64,000 nucleotides of DNA from Octopus vulgaris (lineage: Eukaryota): positions 158,782,001 to 158,846,000 of the forward strand of contig OX597817.1 in assembly GCA_951406725.2 (NCBI GenBank), read 5' to 3'. The notes beneath the pieces are model-generated. The model saw nothing but the letters and a program-made list of their open reading frames with translations. It had not been told where the DNA came from and did not search any database. Position 1 is the first letter of the stretch, and the number at the start of each line of letters is the position of its first letter. The position numbers and the translations under genes were made by a program. Below are positions 13,976-27,099 of the stretch, piece after piece.

Positions 13976-14426
13976 TCCTGGTTTGATGGAGTAATGCAGC
14001 TGTAAGTATCCTGCACTAAATACCAATGTGGTTTGCAACCACCCAGAGGCCACTTCTAGCACAACCAGATTTCATTTTCCCGGACTAGGTTATTACTAAA
14101 TGTCTCTTCCTATAGAAGCTTCCCATCCTCCACCTTAAACTTTCCTCAGCTTCAAAGTGAAGACTGTGTAGGGACCACATATTAGGACAAAATGCTCACG
14201 AATATAGAGTAGTAGGAACCAAAAAAAACACAAAAATATTGGTTCTAAATGTTTTGTTCAGTCAGCTAACCTCATGCGACTGGCCCACTCAAGCAGAGCT
14301 AAGGTTAAAGCATCTGCAACAAGCGACGACAATAAACAAGGAGATTCAAAAGTAATTAATACCAACCTCACAGACATCATCAAAAAGACATAACATATAT
14401 ATATATATATATATAGCAAATGCTTC

Positions 14427-14720
14427 AGTTGCAGGCGTGGGTGTGCTGTTAAGAAGCTGGCATTGTAACAACATGGTGTTTCAGGTTCAGTCCCACCACA
14501 CAGCAACTTGGAGAAATGTCTTCTATAGCCAGGATTAACCAATGCCTTCTGAGTAAAATTGGTAGAAGGAAACTGTATGGAAGACAGCCATATGTGTGTG
14601 TGTGTGTGTGCAAATGTTTGCATGTGTGCTTTGAGGTGCCTCCCCAGCACTTGTCTGGTGTTGGTTTGTTTATATCCCCATAACTTAGCAGTTTAGCTAA
14701 AAGAATAAATACCAGACTTA
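14427..14720 (+). mobile_element. SINE family A, diverged
   Basis: Similarity to 11172 copy over head and body. Confidence 0.6.
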
Positions 14721-14936
14721 ATTAAACGAATGATCTTATGCACATGAGCCCAAAACCTTAGCCACACACTAACAAATACATAGAAATGTTTATGATAAAA
14801 TGAGAAAGATTCTGTGAAGTCCTCAGAGTTTACTGATGATGGTCTTTCATGATCTTGGTTAATCCTTTACCATTTAAACAAGCCATATCAATTTAGTTGA
14901 TAGAAAGAGTATGGAAGCTTGTTGTGCATATGTGTA

Positions 14937-15209
14937 GGTGTGTGTGGCTTGGTTAGGCCATTCCGCTCATGATTGTAAGGTTGTGAGTTCAATTCCCAGC
15001 GCCGCATTCTGTCCTTGAGCAAGACACGTTGCTCCAGTCCGCTCAGCCAACAAAAGTGAGTAGTACTTGTATTTCAAAGGGCCAGCCTTGTCACACTGTG
15101 TCACGCTGAATCTCCCTGAGAACTACATTAAAGGTACACGTGTCTGTGGAGTGTTCAGCCACTTGCACATTAACTTCATGGGACCCTCGTAGTCATAACC
15201 AATGGAGTT
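14937..15209 (+). mobile_element. tRNA-derived SINE family F
   Basis: TGGCTTGGTTAGG A-box-like, GAGTTCAATTCCC B-box, GTCCTTGAGCAAGACAC core. Confidence 0.65.
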
Positions 15210-16209
15210 ATATATATATATATATATATATATATTTCACACACATACAAAAATGACTGTTAGAATAAATACTAGAAATGATTTGGTCAACTAAACCCTT
15301 GAAGGCAGTGCCCCAGCATGGCAGAAGTCCAGTGGCTGAACTAAGACTATTGATATTTTTAGAATGAAACTTGTAGGTTGAACTTGTGAGCTTCAACTTG
15401 GGAGTCCAAGGCAAGCTCGCATCCCATCTACTACACTTCATTAGGCCATAAATTTTTAGTGTCTAATGGCCTTTGACAGATCATGTTCCAGTGTGTTAAC
15501 TCTTACAAACCACTTAAGAAATATAAAAACTATGAAGAGAAACAACTATTTCACAAACAAGTCTTTTAAAAGAACTTCAAACAGCAAAAATTATACAGAG
15601 GAATTTTATAACAAACCAGATAGTAATAAAACTGGATTATTATTAGCAAAAACAGTTTGTTTAACAAAGTCTATAAAATATTGGCATCTACATACCACAG
15701 GATGTTAAAATAGCTGGAGGCTCATATCTCTGGACTTTAAATTCCACAAAGGACAACCAATAGGACACTATAGAAATGATCAAAAAACACTTTGCTGGTC
15801 ACAACTAGAAACCGAAAATCACTTCAACCAATGAGGGAGACTCTATATCAGGCATGGGCAACATTTTTCAAGAAGTGGGCCACATGAGACATAGCTTATC
15901 ATCAGGTGAGCTCCACCAGTAAAAAAGAGAAGGTAATTTTCATTAGGTATGTCATTCAGAAACTTCTACAGGCTGACTATTACCCATGACTGCTCACTTA
16001 ACCAATCAGAAATAGCAATCAAATCACCCTCAAATACTTCTAACAACAGAATTAACAAAAAAAGTTGCAGGGATAATATAATTCTACATTTTAATAAAAG
16101 ATGGGATTATCCTAGATGGAACTCTCTGTGCACAGATTTGACCTGGGGTTAAACAACAATTATGTTATGTAATGGCTTTATGCAAGGTAGATCATCCTTG
16201 CACATGTTC

Positions 16210-16415
16210 AGTCCACTGCTGGATGAAGCAATCAGCATGTTAGCATTTTCTCTCCACCAACCACAGTCTGATGTTTTCCTCATCCATATTTAGGTGCCAA
16301 AGAATTTAACAAAGTCTTCATTCCAACTTCTGCATGGTCTTCCCTTCCTTCATTTTTCTAGATGTAGTGTCCACTCTGTCCAATTTGCTATTCCATCTAT
16401 TGTCCTTGAAAGACC
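16210..16415 (-). mobile_element. RTE-clade LINE ORF2 C-terminal remnant
   Basis: Frameshifted translation DNRW..TEW..RKGRPCRSWNEDFVKFFG..WMRKTSD..IQQW, typical RTE ORF2 end. Confidence 0.6.
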
Positions 16416-16829
16416 ATTTCAGAGTTTTCATTTGAGATAATATCGTTAAACCTGTTGCCACAACAACTATAATTACTCTAAAGACGATAATTTTCTGAAG
16501 TCATCACCAAATATAGCAAACAGGTTTGTAGTTCAGACATAGTATACAAAGAGAATTCTAGTAAGGTGATGATGAAGATGAATTGAGCAATGAGGATAAG
16601 CTGATCAAATCTGACTTTGTTGAAGTTACAGAGATGTCACAGTGAAATGTTCAAAATTAAATTAGAGAAATGCTATTAGTTTAAACAGTGCACTCACAAA
16701 ATAAAAAGCCATAACTTAAAACTAACGATGATATATAAGATAGATCACAAGCAAACTGGCTGAGTCGATAAACTAATTGGAATATCTTGTGGTTCATGAG
16801 TTCGAGTCCGTTGCAGGCCATTCATTTTC

Positions 16830-17017
16830 TGTGCAGGTGGCACGTAAAAAGCACCCACTACACTCACGGAGTGGTTGGTGTTAGGAAGGGCATCGAGCTG
16901 TAGAAACATTGCCAGATAAGACTGGAGCCTGGTGCAGCCTTCTGGCTTCCCAGATCCCCGGTCGAACTGTCCAACCCATGCTAGCATGGAGAACGGACGT
17001 TAAATGATGATGATGAT
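16830..17017 (+). mobile_element. RTE 3'-end repeat (family B), 5'-truncated
   Basis: GGTGGCACGTAAAAAGCACC..TTAGGAAGGGCATC..CCAACCCATGCTAGCATGG..(GAT)n. Confidence 0.8.
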
Positions 17018-18503
17018 CTAGTGACAATCTGAATTGAAAACTTTAGTTGAAGGAGGTAAAAGGTAATAAAAACTAGATGACAATTTCAGTAATGTAGCAG
17101 CAATTTACCAGAAAGAAATTAAGATGTTATGTAAGCTGGAAATAACTTTCCATATCAACAAAGCCTGTTTACTTATTTGTAATCTAATCAACTCGTGCTA
17201 GCTGGTCCAACCTATGACAGCATGGAAAACAGATGTTTGATGATGATGATGAATCAAAAAACGAAGCCACTCAACCAAATCTCCCTGAAACCATTGTGCC
17301 ATCCTCAAACTAAATAAGCATTGAATGTTACTCTGGATACAAATATCTGTGTAATGACAATAGTCATGGTTGGAATACCTTTGATCATAGGCCTGCACAA
17401 TAAGGGCCAACTTGTAGCCAAAGAATTCTAGAACCATATTTGATGGCACATAAGACACTTTTTTTCTAAATTGATGTCTTGAAAAAAATTACTCTAGGTT
17501 CTATATGCGAAACTGGGCCTATATTACATATTTTAATGCACTAAAAAACTTCTATTCCTGAATATGTGCCACCAAAGTGACATCATTTATGCCATCAAAT
17601 ACAATAAATCATGTATGAGACAGTGGCTAGTTTAGCAATGTGTTTAGTACAGAAATTTACCCTGCAGTAGCAGATAGTAACATATTAAACAAACTAGTAA
17701 AAAAAATCATAAATGAGCTTGTCAATTACAGCAATGATAGGACTACAGCACACAGAACTTACAAGTTACAACATGTAGAATTCTAAGACATGTTGAGCAT
17801 CAAACTCTGCAGAGAGGAAGATTTCAACTAGAGTGTGTGTTTACAGATAAGAAGTAATTCATTAAATATTGTGTAGTCACTTCCCCACGCCACACACATG
17901 TACAGGACTTGAACTTAATCCCGAAAAGTACTAAAATATTTATTGATAATATAAATCATTACTGTATTAAAGATTCCTCATTACTCCTGCATTAAGCATT
18001 GTACACATACATTGTTGTGACTTTGAAGTCACTATCAATGTTTCCCTTATAAAAATAAAATTGATATATTTTGAGTGAGCTTTCAGTTACCGTCTAATTG
18101 TCTTTATGCATGATTCTACATAAAGAAGTAATATATAAATTACATGTAGCTAGGATGAAACCACCCATGCTCCACATACCTATATAAATGGGCTGTCAAA
18201 TCACACATTATGTCAGATGCACAATTATGTGGCTTATGTGTTGCCTACTACACTAAAACTATCCCATTCTACACTGTTCTTACCCAAATGAAATATGAAC
18301 CATCCACCTCGCTTCTCATCACTCTGACTGTCTCGTTCTTAACCTTTCCTTTTAGTTTTGTCCAGAATCGTTCCTTTCAATAACTGTATCACCTTGCTCA
18401 CATTTTCCTTCTTTCATCTACAAACTAACAAAGGAGCCTCTACATAGTTGCTTGATTTGAAAAGAATAGCAGCCCAATCTTCCTCACATCACAGCCTACT
18501 GTT

Positions 18504-18732
18504 TTAACCCTTTCAATACCAACCCAGCTGAAACCAACTCTGACTCCATCATACAAATGTCTTGTTTTCATAAGTTTTGAATTAAAATCTTTTACCAAAC
18601 CTTAGTCACAATTTATGTTCCTAACACTAGCTGAATGATAACTAAGCTATTTTACTAAGCTCTTTGTTACATTTGAAGTAATTGAAAGAAACACAGAACA
18701 TCTCAAAATAAATACAGTAACGAAAGGGTTAA
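18504..18732 (+). mobile_element. piggyBac-type MITE family C, inserted in family G repeat
   Basis: TTAA-CCCTTTC ... GAAAGGG-TTAA. Confidence 0.8.
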
Positions 18733-21155
18733 AACAGAGTGGACACATTTCAAGAACTCCTTAAAAAAAAAAAAGGGTGAGGTGGGGAACGAATAGTCGC
18801 AGCTAGAATACTTTTGATCATAGGTCTTGCTCAAGTAAGTCTGACATGAGATTAAACAACAACTACTATATGACCTACACTAAATTATTCAAAGTTGCGA
18901 GTCTGGTGGAGGTGAAGTAGGGAATGCTGAAGCTATAGACTTTGTGTCCCTTCAGATGTGTAAGTATGTGTGTATCAGTATCTACAATGAAATGGTAGAT
19001 ATGATAAAAGTCCAACATTTATTGTTCAACACAGTTTGGAGGAATGTCAACTATGTGAACATTGAGCTAATTAACAAAATGTGTGTAGAGACAATAATAT
19101 GGTTTGTTTTCCTTGACAACTCTGCAGTTGTTGAGTTCAAATGCAATCGAGAATAGGCATCTTCCTCTGAGCTCTTTGGCCAAGGTACAAAATGCTGCTT
19201 TCCTCAGTTTTGGATCTTATTACCGGAGAACAACTTCAAATTGACAACATACACATACACGGATTACATGTGTTGCTAAGCTGATACATTACACATATAC
19301 TACATGTGGTTGGTTGGCTGGTTGGTAGGTATATTACACACACACACACACAAACTACATGTGCTACTGAATTGATACTTTATACACACACAGACACATA
19401 CACACACTTCCCACTGCTGCTAAGTATAGAAGATATCAAGAGGAACAGTGGAGCTACCATACCTATAAATAGATGAGTATCTGACAGTTAACAGTGAAGA
19501 AATATTGAGAGAAGTTCTTCTAGAACCACCATACTTACACCTTACAATAGATGAGAGTTCTATTGGTGAGGGTGGGGAGATATTGAGAAGAACTATGACT
19601 CACCATACCTACACCTGACAATGGAGGAGAGTTGTGGAAGATAATACAAAAACATCAACAAAATAAACATTCTCTACACATCCCTTCAATAGCACACAGC
19701 TGTTCTCGCATCTATAAACATACATTCTCTGGATGTAACAAACAGAAGTAATAGGCCTCATCAGAAGATGGTGGGACAAGTTAAAATGTAAACTGCCCCC
19801 AGGCTGGGCATGGCTGACTGGACATTCAGTCTGTTTTGGCAACAGTATTTTTTGGCACTGAAGGCAAACATGCACGCACACAGAAATACAGAGTTCTGAT
19901 ATAAGAGCGTGAGATGGAGAGAGAGACATTACACATACAAACATAACTAGATGCTTCATGAATAGAGAGGTGGGGAGAAAGAAAGAGAGAAAAAAGAAAG
20001 CAGAGGGAGGGATGGAGGGAGAGTTACAATTTATTAATTGAATACAATTGGCATAAACACTTTCCCAACACCATCACCACCCCAAATACACTCTCACAAA
20101 CAGAGGGAGAGAACAAGAAAAACATTACAGCATCTGATGTGAACCGAGTTAGTATTGAATTAGTGATGCCAAAACAGCTGTACTAAAATGTCTCATACCA
20201 ACCCTATCAGCCATGAAGGGCCAGTGCTCAGCTCTATTTTCATGATATCAAGTCAGTTAAGTGAAAGATAAATCCCTGAACCCACCAAAAGATCTGACGT
20301 CCATTCTTGACAATGAAAGAACAGACCTATGTAGTATTTAAATGTACTTGACCAAACACTCAAAACGTTCAGTGGAATTGAACTGAAGCTATTAATTTGT
20401 ACCCAATACTTGGCCACTTGACTTTTAAAGGACTGCATGGAGAAATATGAATAAGATGACAAATACAACCCACTGACTGAGTATGCCGTAAGGTTAAGTT
20501 TTACTCATAATGTGGTTAAGACCACAAAACCATTAAGTCACATGGGTGCCACTGAAGGTCCTGTCTTCATAAACAAATCAACTATAGGCAGTGCCCATCT
20601 TACCCTAAATTACAGCCATAAGAGGCTTTGCAGTTGGGGACAGTAAGTTAACAACTCAATTATACAATGTTCCCTCAGCTAATGCACCTACAATGGTACC
20701 TATTTATATCTAGGGTTATATCATCATCATCGTTTAACGTCCGCTTTCAATGCTAGCATGGGTTGGACGATTTGACTGAGGTCTGGTGAACAAGATGGCT
20801 GCACCAGGCTCCAATCTGATCTGGCAGAGTTTCTACAGCTGGATGCCCTAAAATGAAATGTATTTTATAGTTCAAGAGATGATATAATATTACTTAACCA
20901 TGCACACACACATGAATGAGATCTGTTAAAGATAGCAGCAAAATCACCTTCAAATCAAACCACCACCACCATCACCACCCCATCTTCAAAAAGTAAAGAA
21001 GGAAAGGTACATTAGATAATGTAGATGGAGAGGTATTATATCTGGAAAATAAATAAATAAAATTTGATGAGGATGGTCACAGCTGGGATGCTCATGACCA
21101 TCGGGTTTGCTTGATCAGAGTTGATTTGGGGATCAATGGCAGAAACATACTAACA

Positions 21156-21598
21156 TAGTGGTTCTTAACACTTTCGTTACCAGCCCGGCTGGAACCGGCT
21201 CTGGCTCTGTTGTACAAATGTCTTGTTTCCATAAGTATTGAATTAAAATCTTTTACCAAACCTTAGTCACAATTTATGTTCCTAACACTAGCTGAATGAT
21301 AACTAAGTTATTTTACTAAATTCTTTGTTATATTTAAAATTAATCAAAAGAAACACAGAGCATCTCTAAATACAGTAATGAAAGGGTTAACAAGATACGT
21401 GTAAGATTTTGTAGTTAAAATTCATGTACAATAAATTGGTTATACTTCCACAAAAGATTTTAATTTTTTATACAATTTCTAATATTTAATAATAAAAACA
21501 CGGTAGGTTTTTTTTATACATCAAGTGGCTATGGATGACCTGTAAAACATAATAGACATCAAAGGGATCCATAGGGAAAAATCAGTTGAGAACCACTG
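21156..21598. mobile_element. hAT-type MITE interrupted by a family C piggyBac MITE (21165..21390)
   Basis: TAGTGGTTCTTAA ... GTTGAGAACCACTG TIRs; body matches the uninterrupted copy at 50282; TSD-like TACTAACA / CACCAACA. Confidence 0.75.
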
Positions 21599-21861
21599 CA
21601 CCAACAGGAAAGATGACTACGTATGAATTGATGGCAAAAATGTGCCCATGGTGGAGTTAGATAAGAGAGAACTTAGGAGGTGGTGGCTTTAGGTAAGAGC
21701 CGAAAACATTAGGCCTCAGAGATGAGAAAATATGATAAAACAAATAGAGAACTTTTCTTTTCCAGACCCAAGCAACCCATGTTACCCAAGAAAAATAGTT
21801 GATGATGATGAAATTCATCTGCAATCACAATGTTAAATTAAGGTACCTACACACTACACTC

Positions 21862-21892
<31 letters not shown>

Positions 21893-22497
21893 CAACACAG
21901 AAACACACATTAAAAGGTACACATGGTCAGGATTTTAAATAGCCCACAGTAATTACAAACAACAAGGCTAGCCAGGCAATCTGTCTATTTTTGTTGGGTA
22001 AAGAGGCCAAAGGGCGTCTAATTTAAACACAACCCCTAAAAACAAATAAATCAATACATTAATGGATCCCCTTCTGCCACTACTACCTCTAACCACTGCT
22101 ATGTCAGTCTAATTAGATGGGGGTGGGGTCACAAAGGCAAAGGTGACAACTGGAGGACAGTACAAGGGGGTTACAAGTAATTCTAGCCCTATCTAGTTTA
22201 TATATAGAACATATTGAAGAGAAAACAAAACTATGGGCACAAATTAGGGTGCTCCAGTGAAGCTTGTACAAGCATCGCCTGTCATCACAATAAATTTGTA
22301 TTTGCACATTAAACTTGATTTAACCTATTGTTGTGAACTTTTCTTACACAAAAAGGAAAAAAAAAATTCAATTTATCCAACATCAGACTAGTGAAAATCT
22401 TAATCTTTAATCCTTTTTATTGCAGAGGAACAAAAATTTTACTTCACCTCTTTTTACACCTGTCTCTTCAAGAGTGAAACTAATAGTAGTAATCTAT

Positions 22498-22876
22498 CTT
22501 TACTTGTTTCAGTCATTTGACTGCGGCCATGCTGGAGCACCGCCTTTAATCGAGCAAATCGACCCCGGGACTTATTCTTTGTAAGCCCAGTACTTATTCT
22601 ATCGGTCTCTTTTGCCGAGCCGCTAAGTGACGGGAACGTAAACACACCAGCATCAGTTGTCAAGCAATGCTAGGGGGACAAACACAAACACACACATACA
22701 TATAGATATATACGACAGGCTTCTTTCAGTTTCCGTCTAACAAATCCACTCACAAGGCATTGGTCGGCCCGGAGCTATAGCAGAAGACACTTGCCCAAGA
22801 TGTCACGCAGTGAGACTGAACCCGGAACCATGTGGTTGGTTAGCAAGCTACTGACCACACAGCCACTCCTGCGCCT
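22498..22876 (-). mobile_element. SINE family A, full length
   Basis: Reverse complement of the 11172 copy. Confidence 0.9.
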
Positions 22877-22883
22877 ATATGTA

Positions 22884-23084
22884 TTAACCTTTTAACATTC
22901 ATACTGTTTTGGAATTAATCATACATTATCTTGTAGCTTTGAGATTTTGATGATGCAACTTAATTTTAAGAATGATATTCTAAGGTTGGTGAAAGAGGTC
23001 AAATCTGGTCAGTTTGAACATAAAACAAGAGAATATTCTGACCAGAGATGGTCAGTTTAAATGCTAACCCTTTAGCATTTAAAC
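22884..23084 (-). mobile_element. piggyBac-type MITE family D
   Basis: Family D body starting TTAACCTTTTAACATTC. Confidence 0.6.
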
Positions 23085-23378
23085 ATTTTTTTGCTAAACT
23101 ATTCCATTCAAATTCATCTCTTACAAGTGCCATTCTAACACATTGGATGATCTCTCCCACACACGCATAAATATAGTTACACTCAGCTGAAAAGAATTAA
23201 GTTAAAATCCAGAACTGAGTCAAGTCATGTTATTTCTAGTTTATTTCTCTGAGTCTAAATAGGCTTTGTTATATTAATATAGTTAAAGTTTCAGGTCTGA
23301 ATCAATAAACTTTTCAAGTGGATTTTTGTTGTTGTTTTTTTATATATAAATAATTTTTTAAGTATGTACAGCAATGGT

Positions 23379-23746
23379 AACAAGAGCACTCTAAGAGCGC
23401 AAACCTCTGCCAAGGCAACACCTACATCCTCACAATGATTACCCAGAGATGACTTTTAAAATGGGAATATCTGAAATAAACTCAACTGCTCTCACAAACA
23501 AGAATACTAAAAATGAATCCAGCCACTCTCAAAAGTTAGGTAAAAAAAAACTGGGAAAACAATCCAGAATCCTTATCCGGTACCGGATCGATCCCAAAAT
23601 CTAATTAGTTTGTGCCAGTCACGAGGTCAAACATCCCTGAAAGGTTCATTGGAATCCGTCCAGCAGTTCTTGAGACATCTTGTCCACAGACCAACAAACA
23701 AACGCGACTGAAAACAATACCTCTACCTTCCCTAAATTGGAGGTAA
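23379..23746. mobile_element. Helentron/HINE (DINE-1-like) non-autonomous element
   Basis: AACAAGAG start, subterminal ACCTCTGCC, internal palindrome ATCCGGTACCGGAT (23575-23588), (CAAA)n, terminal hairpin TACCTC..GAGGTA. Confidence 0.55.
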
Positions 23747-24228
23747 CTAGTTTCAGAATTAGGTACTTAAGCAGTGCATATTACTTGCTTTTGTCTACTG
23801 GAGTAAAGAGAAGAACACAGTTACTATGTCAGATATAAGATGCTCAAACTATCCAAAGAATTAGTTTGAGTCAAATTTTCCTGACATTGTCTTAATTTCA
23901 TAAATTGATACATGTGGCCTCCATTTCAAAGATGGAGAGATACTTAAGGCCGTTGTGTTGCTACATTGAACATGTTAAGTGACAAGAAGTTCTCTTACTG
24001 ACCTTTGAGTGATGTAGTGAAAAGCCAAAGAGAAATTTGGAAACACTCTCCAACAATAATTACATCTCAGACATCACTAGCATCATGGACACACACAAAT
24101 GAAATTTTAAGAAAAAGCTGACAACAAATCTTTTAACAGCAATAAGTTCAAATCCTACTAGAAATCAATGGCCTTAAGAGACTCGATTTGTAAAGGCAGA
24201 GGTATAGCTGAATGAATTTATATAAGTA

Positions 24229-24685
24229 GAAATCGAAATCGAAATTGAACCAATCCTATGACTGGCACCTGGCAGATGCCAGGACCCCTGGACTGGAGAC
24301 ACGTAAAAAGCACTATCCGAATCAAGGCCGATACCAGCGCCGCCTCGACTGGCTTCCGTGTCGGTGGCACGTAAAAAGTACCATCCGAATCGTGGCCGAA
24401 GCCAGTGCCGCCACGACTGGCTTCCGTGCAGGTGGCACGTAAAATGCACCAATGCAACCGTGGCCGATGCCAGCCTCGCCTGGCTCCAGTGCAGGTGGCA
24501 CGTAAAAAGCACCCTCTACACTCTCGGAGTGGTTGGCGTTAGGAAGGGCATCCAGCTGTAGAAACATTGCCAGATAAGACCGGAGCCTGGTGCAGCCTTC
24601 TGGCTTCCCAGATCCCCGGTCGAACCGTCCAACCCATGCTAGCATGGAGAACGGACATTAAACGATGATGATGATGATGATGATG
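24229..24685 (+). mobile_element. RTE 3'-end repeat (family B) with four internal 63-68 bp units
   Basis: (GAAATC)n start, repeated GGTGGCACGTAAAAAGCACC units, (GAT)n tail; CpGs intact, so probably young. Confidence 0.85.
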
Positions 24686-25254
24686 AATGTAGCTCCAGAT
24701 ACATTGTCTGAATAAACGATATATCCTCTGGATGTGTGAACGAGGTGATTTGCTCTGGATATACACACATTATAACATAACAGATATGTTTCTTTTGGTG
24801 ATGGCAGGAAAGACATGCTTAATGTATAGCTATTGCCTCCTCTACTTTGGGAAAGGAAGGAAAGCATTCAAAACAATTAGAAGTAGCAAGTCCTCTGGCA
24901 CTGCCAAAAAAAAAAAAAAAAAAAAACAGAAAGAAAGAAAAAAAAAACATGAAATCAGTTCTCTAAAAAGCAAGGCAACTGGGAGCAGAAGGCTTGTGAA
25001 ATACAAATAACAAAAAAGGGAAAAAAAAAAGAAAGGAAAGCTTCATGCTTTGTTTCTGCTAAACTGGACACAAGAAGAGACCACCTGATTTCAGAAACAA
25101 TCAGTATCACCACCTGAGAGAGAGAGAGAGAGAAGGATAGAGAGATCAGGTTGTGCCAAACCTGCTGGGAAAAATATTCTGGTGAAAATCTTATTTAACT
25201 GAATCCTTCCACTCTAAGAGACTCTCCTTTATGAATCCAATTCTGGATATAAAC

Positions 25255-26155
25255 TTTCCAAAGGAAATATTGATATGATCTGTAGTTGGCCAGATACAGA
25301 AGAAATGTTATAAGCAGCATAAACCATTGTGTATGGCTTCCTTTGACCTAACTAGTACACTTGGTTCTGTAAATCCTGAAGCTCTGTGGAAAGCGCTAAC
25401 CAAATTTGGTTTTCCATAAACATTCATGGCAATCATATGGTTTCCACATAACATGAAAGCCAAAGTGTGGTACCAGCCTTTCACACTAGATCAGTTTGGA
25501 GAGAGAATTGAAGTGTGGCAAGAACGCATAACTGCCTCTCCAATCTTTTTTCACCTTCATCTCATCTATGCTCAAGTTCACCATGAGTAAACTTTCACCT
25601 GGCCAGCTAATCAAGTCAGGTAGACGCCATGTCAAAAAAGATTACAGCTATATCAACAATTGAACTTCAATACACATATGGTCCACAGTTGATATGACTT
25701 CAGCAAAAGAACTTAATCCAATTACTGAAATTCCCTGATACATGAGAGCTTGACTACCTCCCAAGAAAGATCTTGCCCCAACAAACACAAAATAAGGAGG
25801 AATTTGATCCTGTAATTTGGATGCAAAGACTGATGATGGGAAACGTAGAGTACTTCTATTATCTGGATCGTTACCTATTATAGAATACAGATATAGATGA
25901 GGAAATCGAACATAGGATAAAAATGTGCCAATGCAACATTTTGTCAAAGAAGAACCAAAGTCATGGTGTATATTGTAACTGTTGTATCCACTCCTCTATA
26001 CAGCTCTGAAACCATTGCTTACCAACCACATGGTTCCAGGTTCAGTCCCACTGCATGGCATCATGGGTAAGTGTCTTCTACTATAGCCTCAGGCTGACCA
26101 AAGCCTTGTGAGTGGATTTGGTAGACGGAAACTGAAAGAAGCTCGTCGTATGCAT

Positions 26156-26215
<60 letters not shown>

Positions 26216-26700
26216 TTGTCCCCCTAGTATTGCTTGACAACTGGTGCTGGTGTGTTTAACAAAGAATAAGTCCGGGGTTCGATTTGCTTGACTAAAGGCG
26301 GTGCTCCAGCATGGCCGCAGTCAAATGACTGAAACAAGTAAAAGAGCAAACATCTCCTGGAAGTATACCATCAGAGATGTCTGAAGAAAATCCTCATACA
26401 CAATCAGTGACTGAACATAGGACTGTCAGCATGCTCAAGTAAGCCAAGATCTGCATGGAAACCATGATCAAGCAACATTGACTTCAATGGACTGACCATG
26501 TCGTGCAAATGCTGCACCATCAGTTGGCCACAGGATTGTTTTAAACTCAGTTGAATAAAAGAAAACCTATACAAAGAAAACAAAGGAAGTGCTTCAAAGA
26601 CGTATTTAAAAGAAAATTTCTTTTAAATGTGGCACCAATATGTAAGAATCAACAGTAAATAGCTAGCGTAAAGGGAAAGGGATCATCTACAATGGAACCC
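25255..26700 (+). pseudogene. Degraded RTE-clade LINE reverse transcriptase, interrupted by SINE A
   Basis: Broken frames give QIQKKC..QHKPLCMASFDLT..SVNPEALWKALTKFGFP, later LYSSET and LEVYHQRCLKKIL. Confidence 0.75.
26015..26346 (+). mobile_element. SINE family A, 5'-truncated with internal deletion
   Basis: Matches 11172 copy from TTGCTTACCAACC to AAGTAAAAGAG. Confidence 0.85.
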
Positions 26701-27099
26701 AACACTTTGAGACAACACAAAAATAACACACATCTTGTGAGACAATGAACACCGGGTGTCCCCAACAGGACTTGTGGGTCCTGCATTGGTCTATGTAGTT
26801 ACATGAAGTCCCACAGAAATTACATCTTGCGAAAAGTTATCACCCATCGAAAGGAATGCCAATAACATACATAAATACACATTATATGTCTGCAAGGAGA
26901 GCAACACAGTTGAGTGGTAATAAGAAATGCTATGCTTGATGCACAAAGTGTTGTTTACACAGCAGACGGGTATTTGGGTGAAAAGCTTTTGCTGTTAGTG
27001 ATGATATGACGGTGGCGGTGGTGGTGGTGGTGTAGTAAGTAGATGGCACATGCATACATACATAGAGTGAGAAAGACACACAATACAGTGTTTATCAGA

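Noticed and set aside
14245-14305. Minus-strand stem-loop with a remote hammerhead-like layout
   Set aside because: Both core segments are altered (CTGCTTGA, AAAAC); too degenerate to support
25828-25856. CTGATGA-TGG-GAAAC string
   Set aside because: No stem II or stem I, and it lies within the decayed RTE coding region
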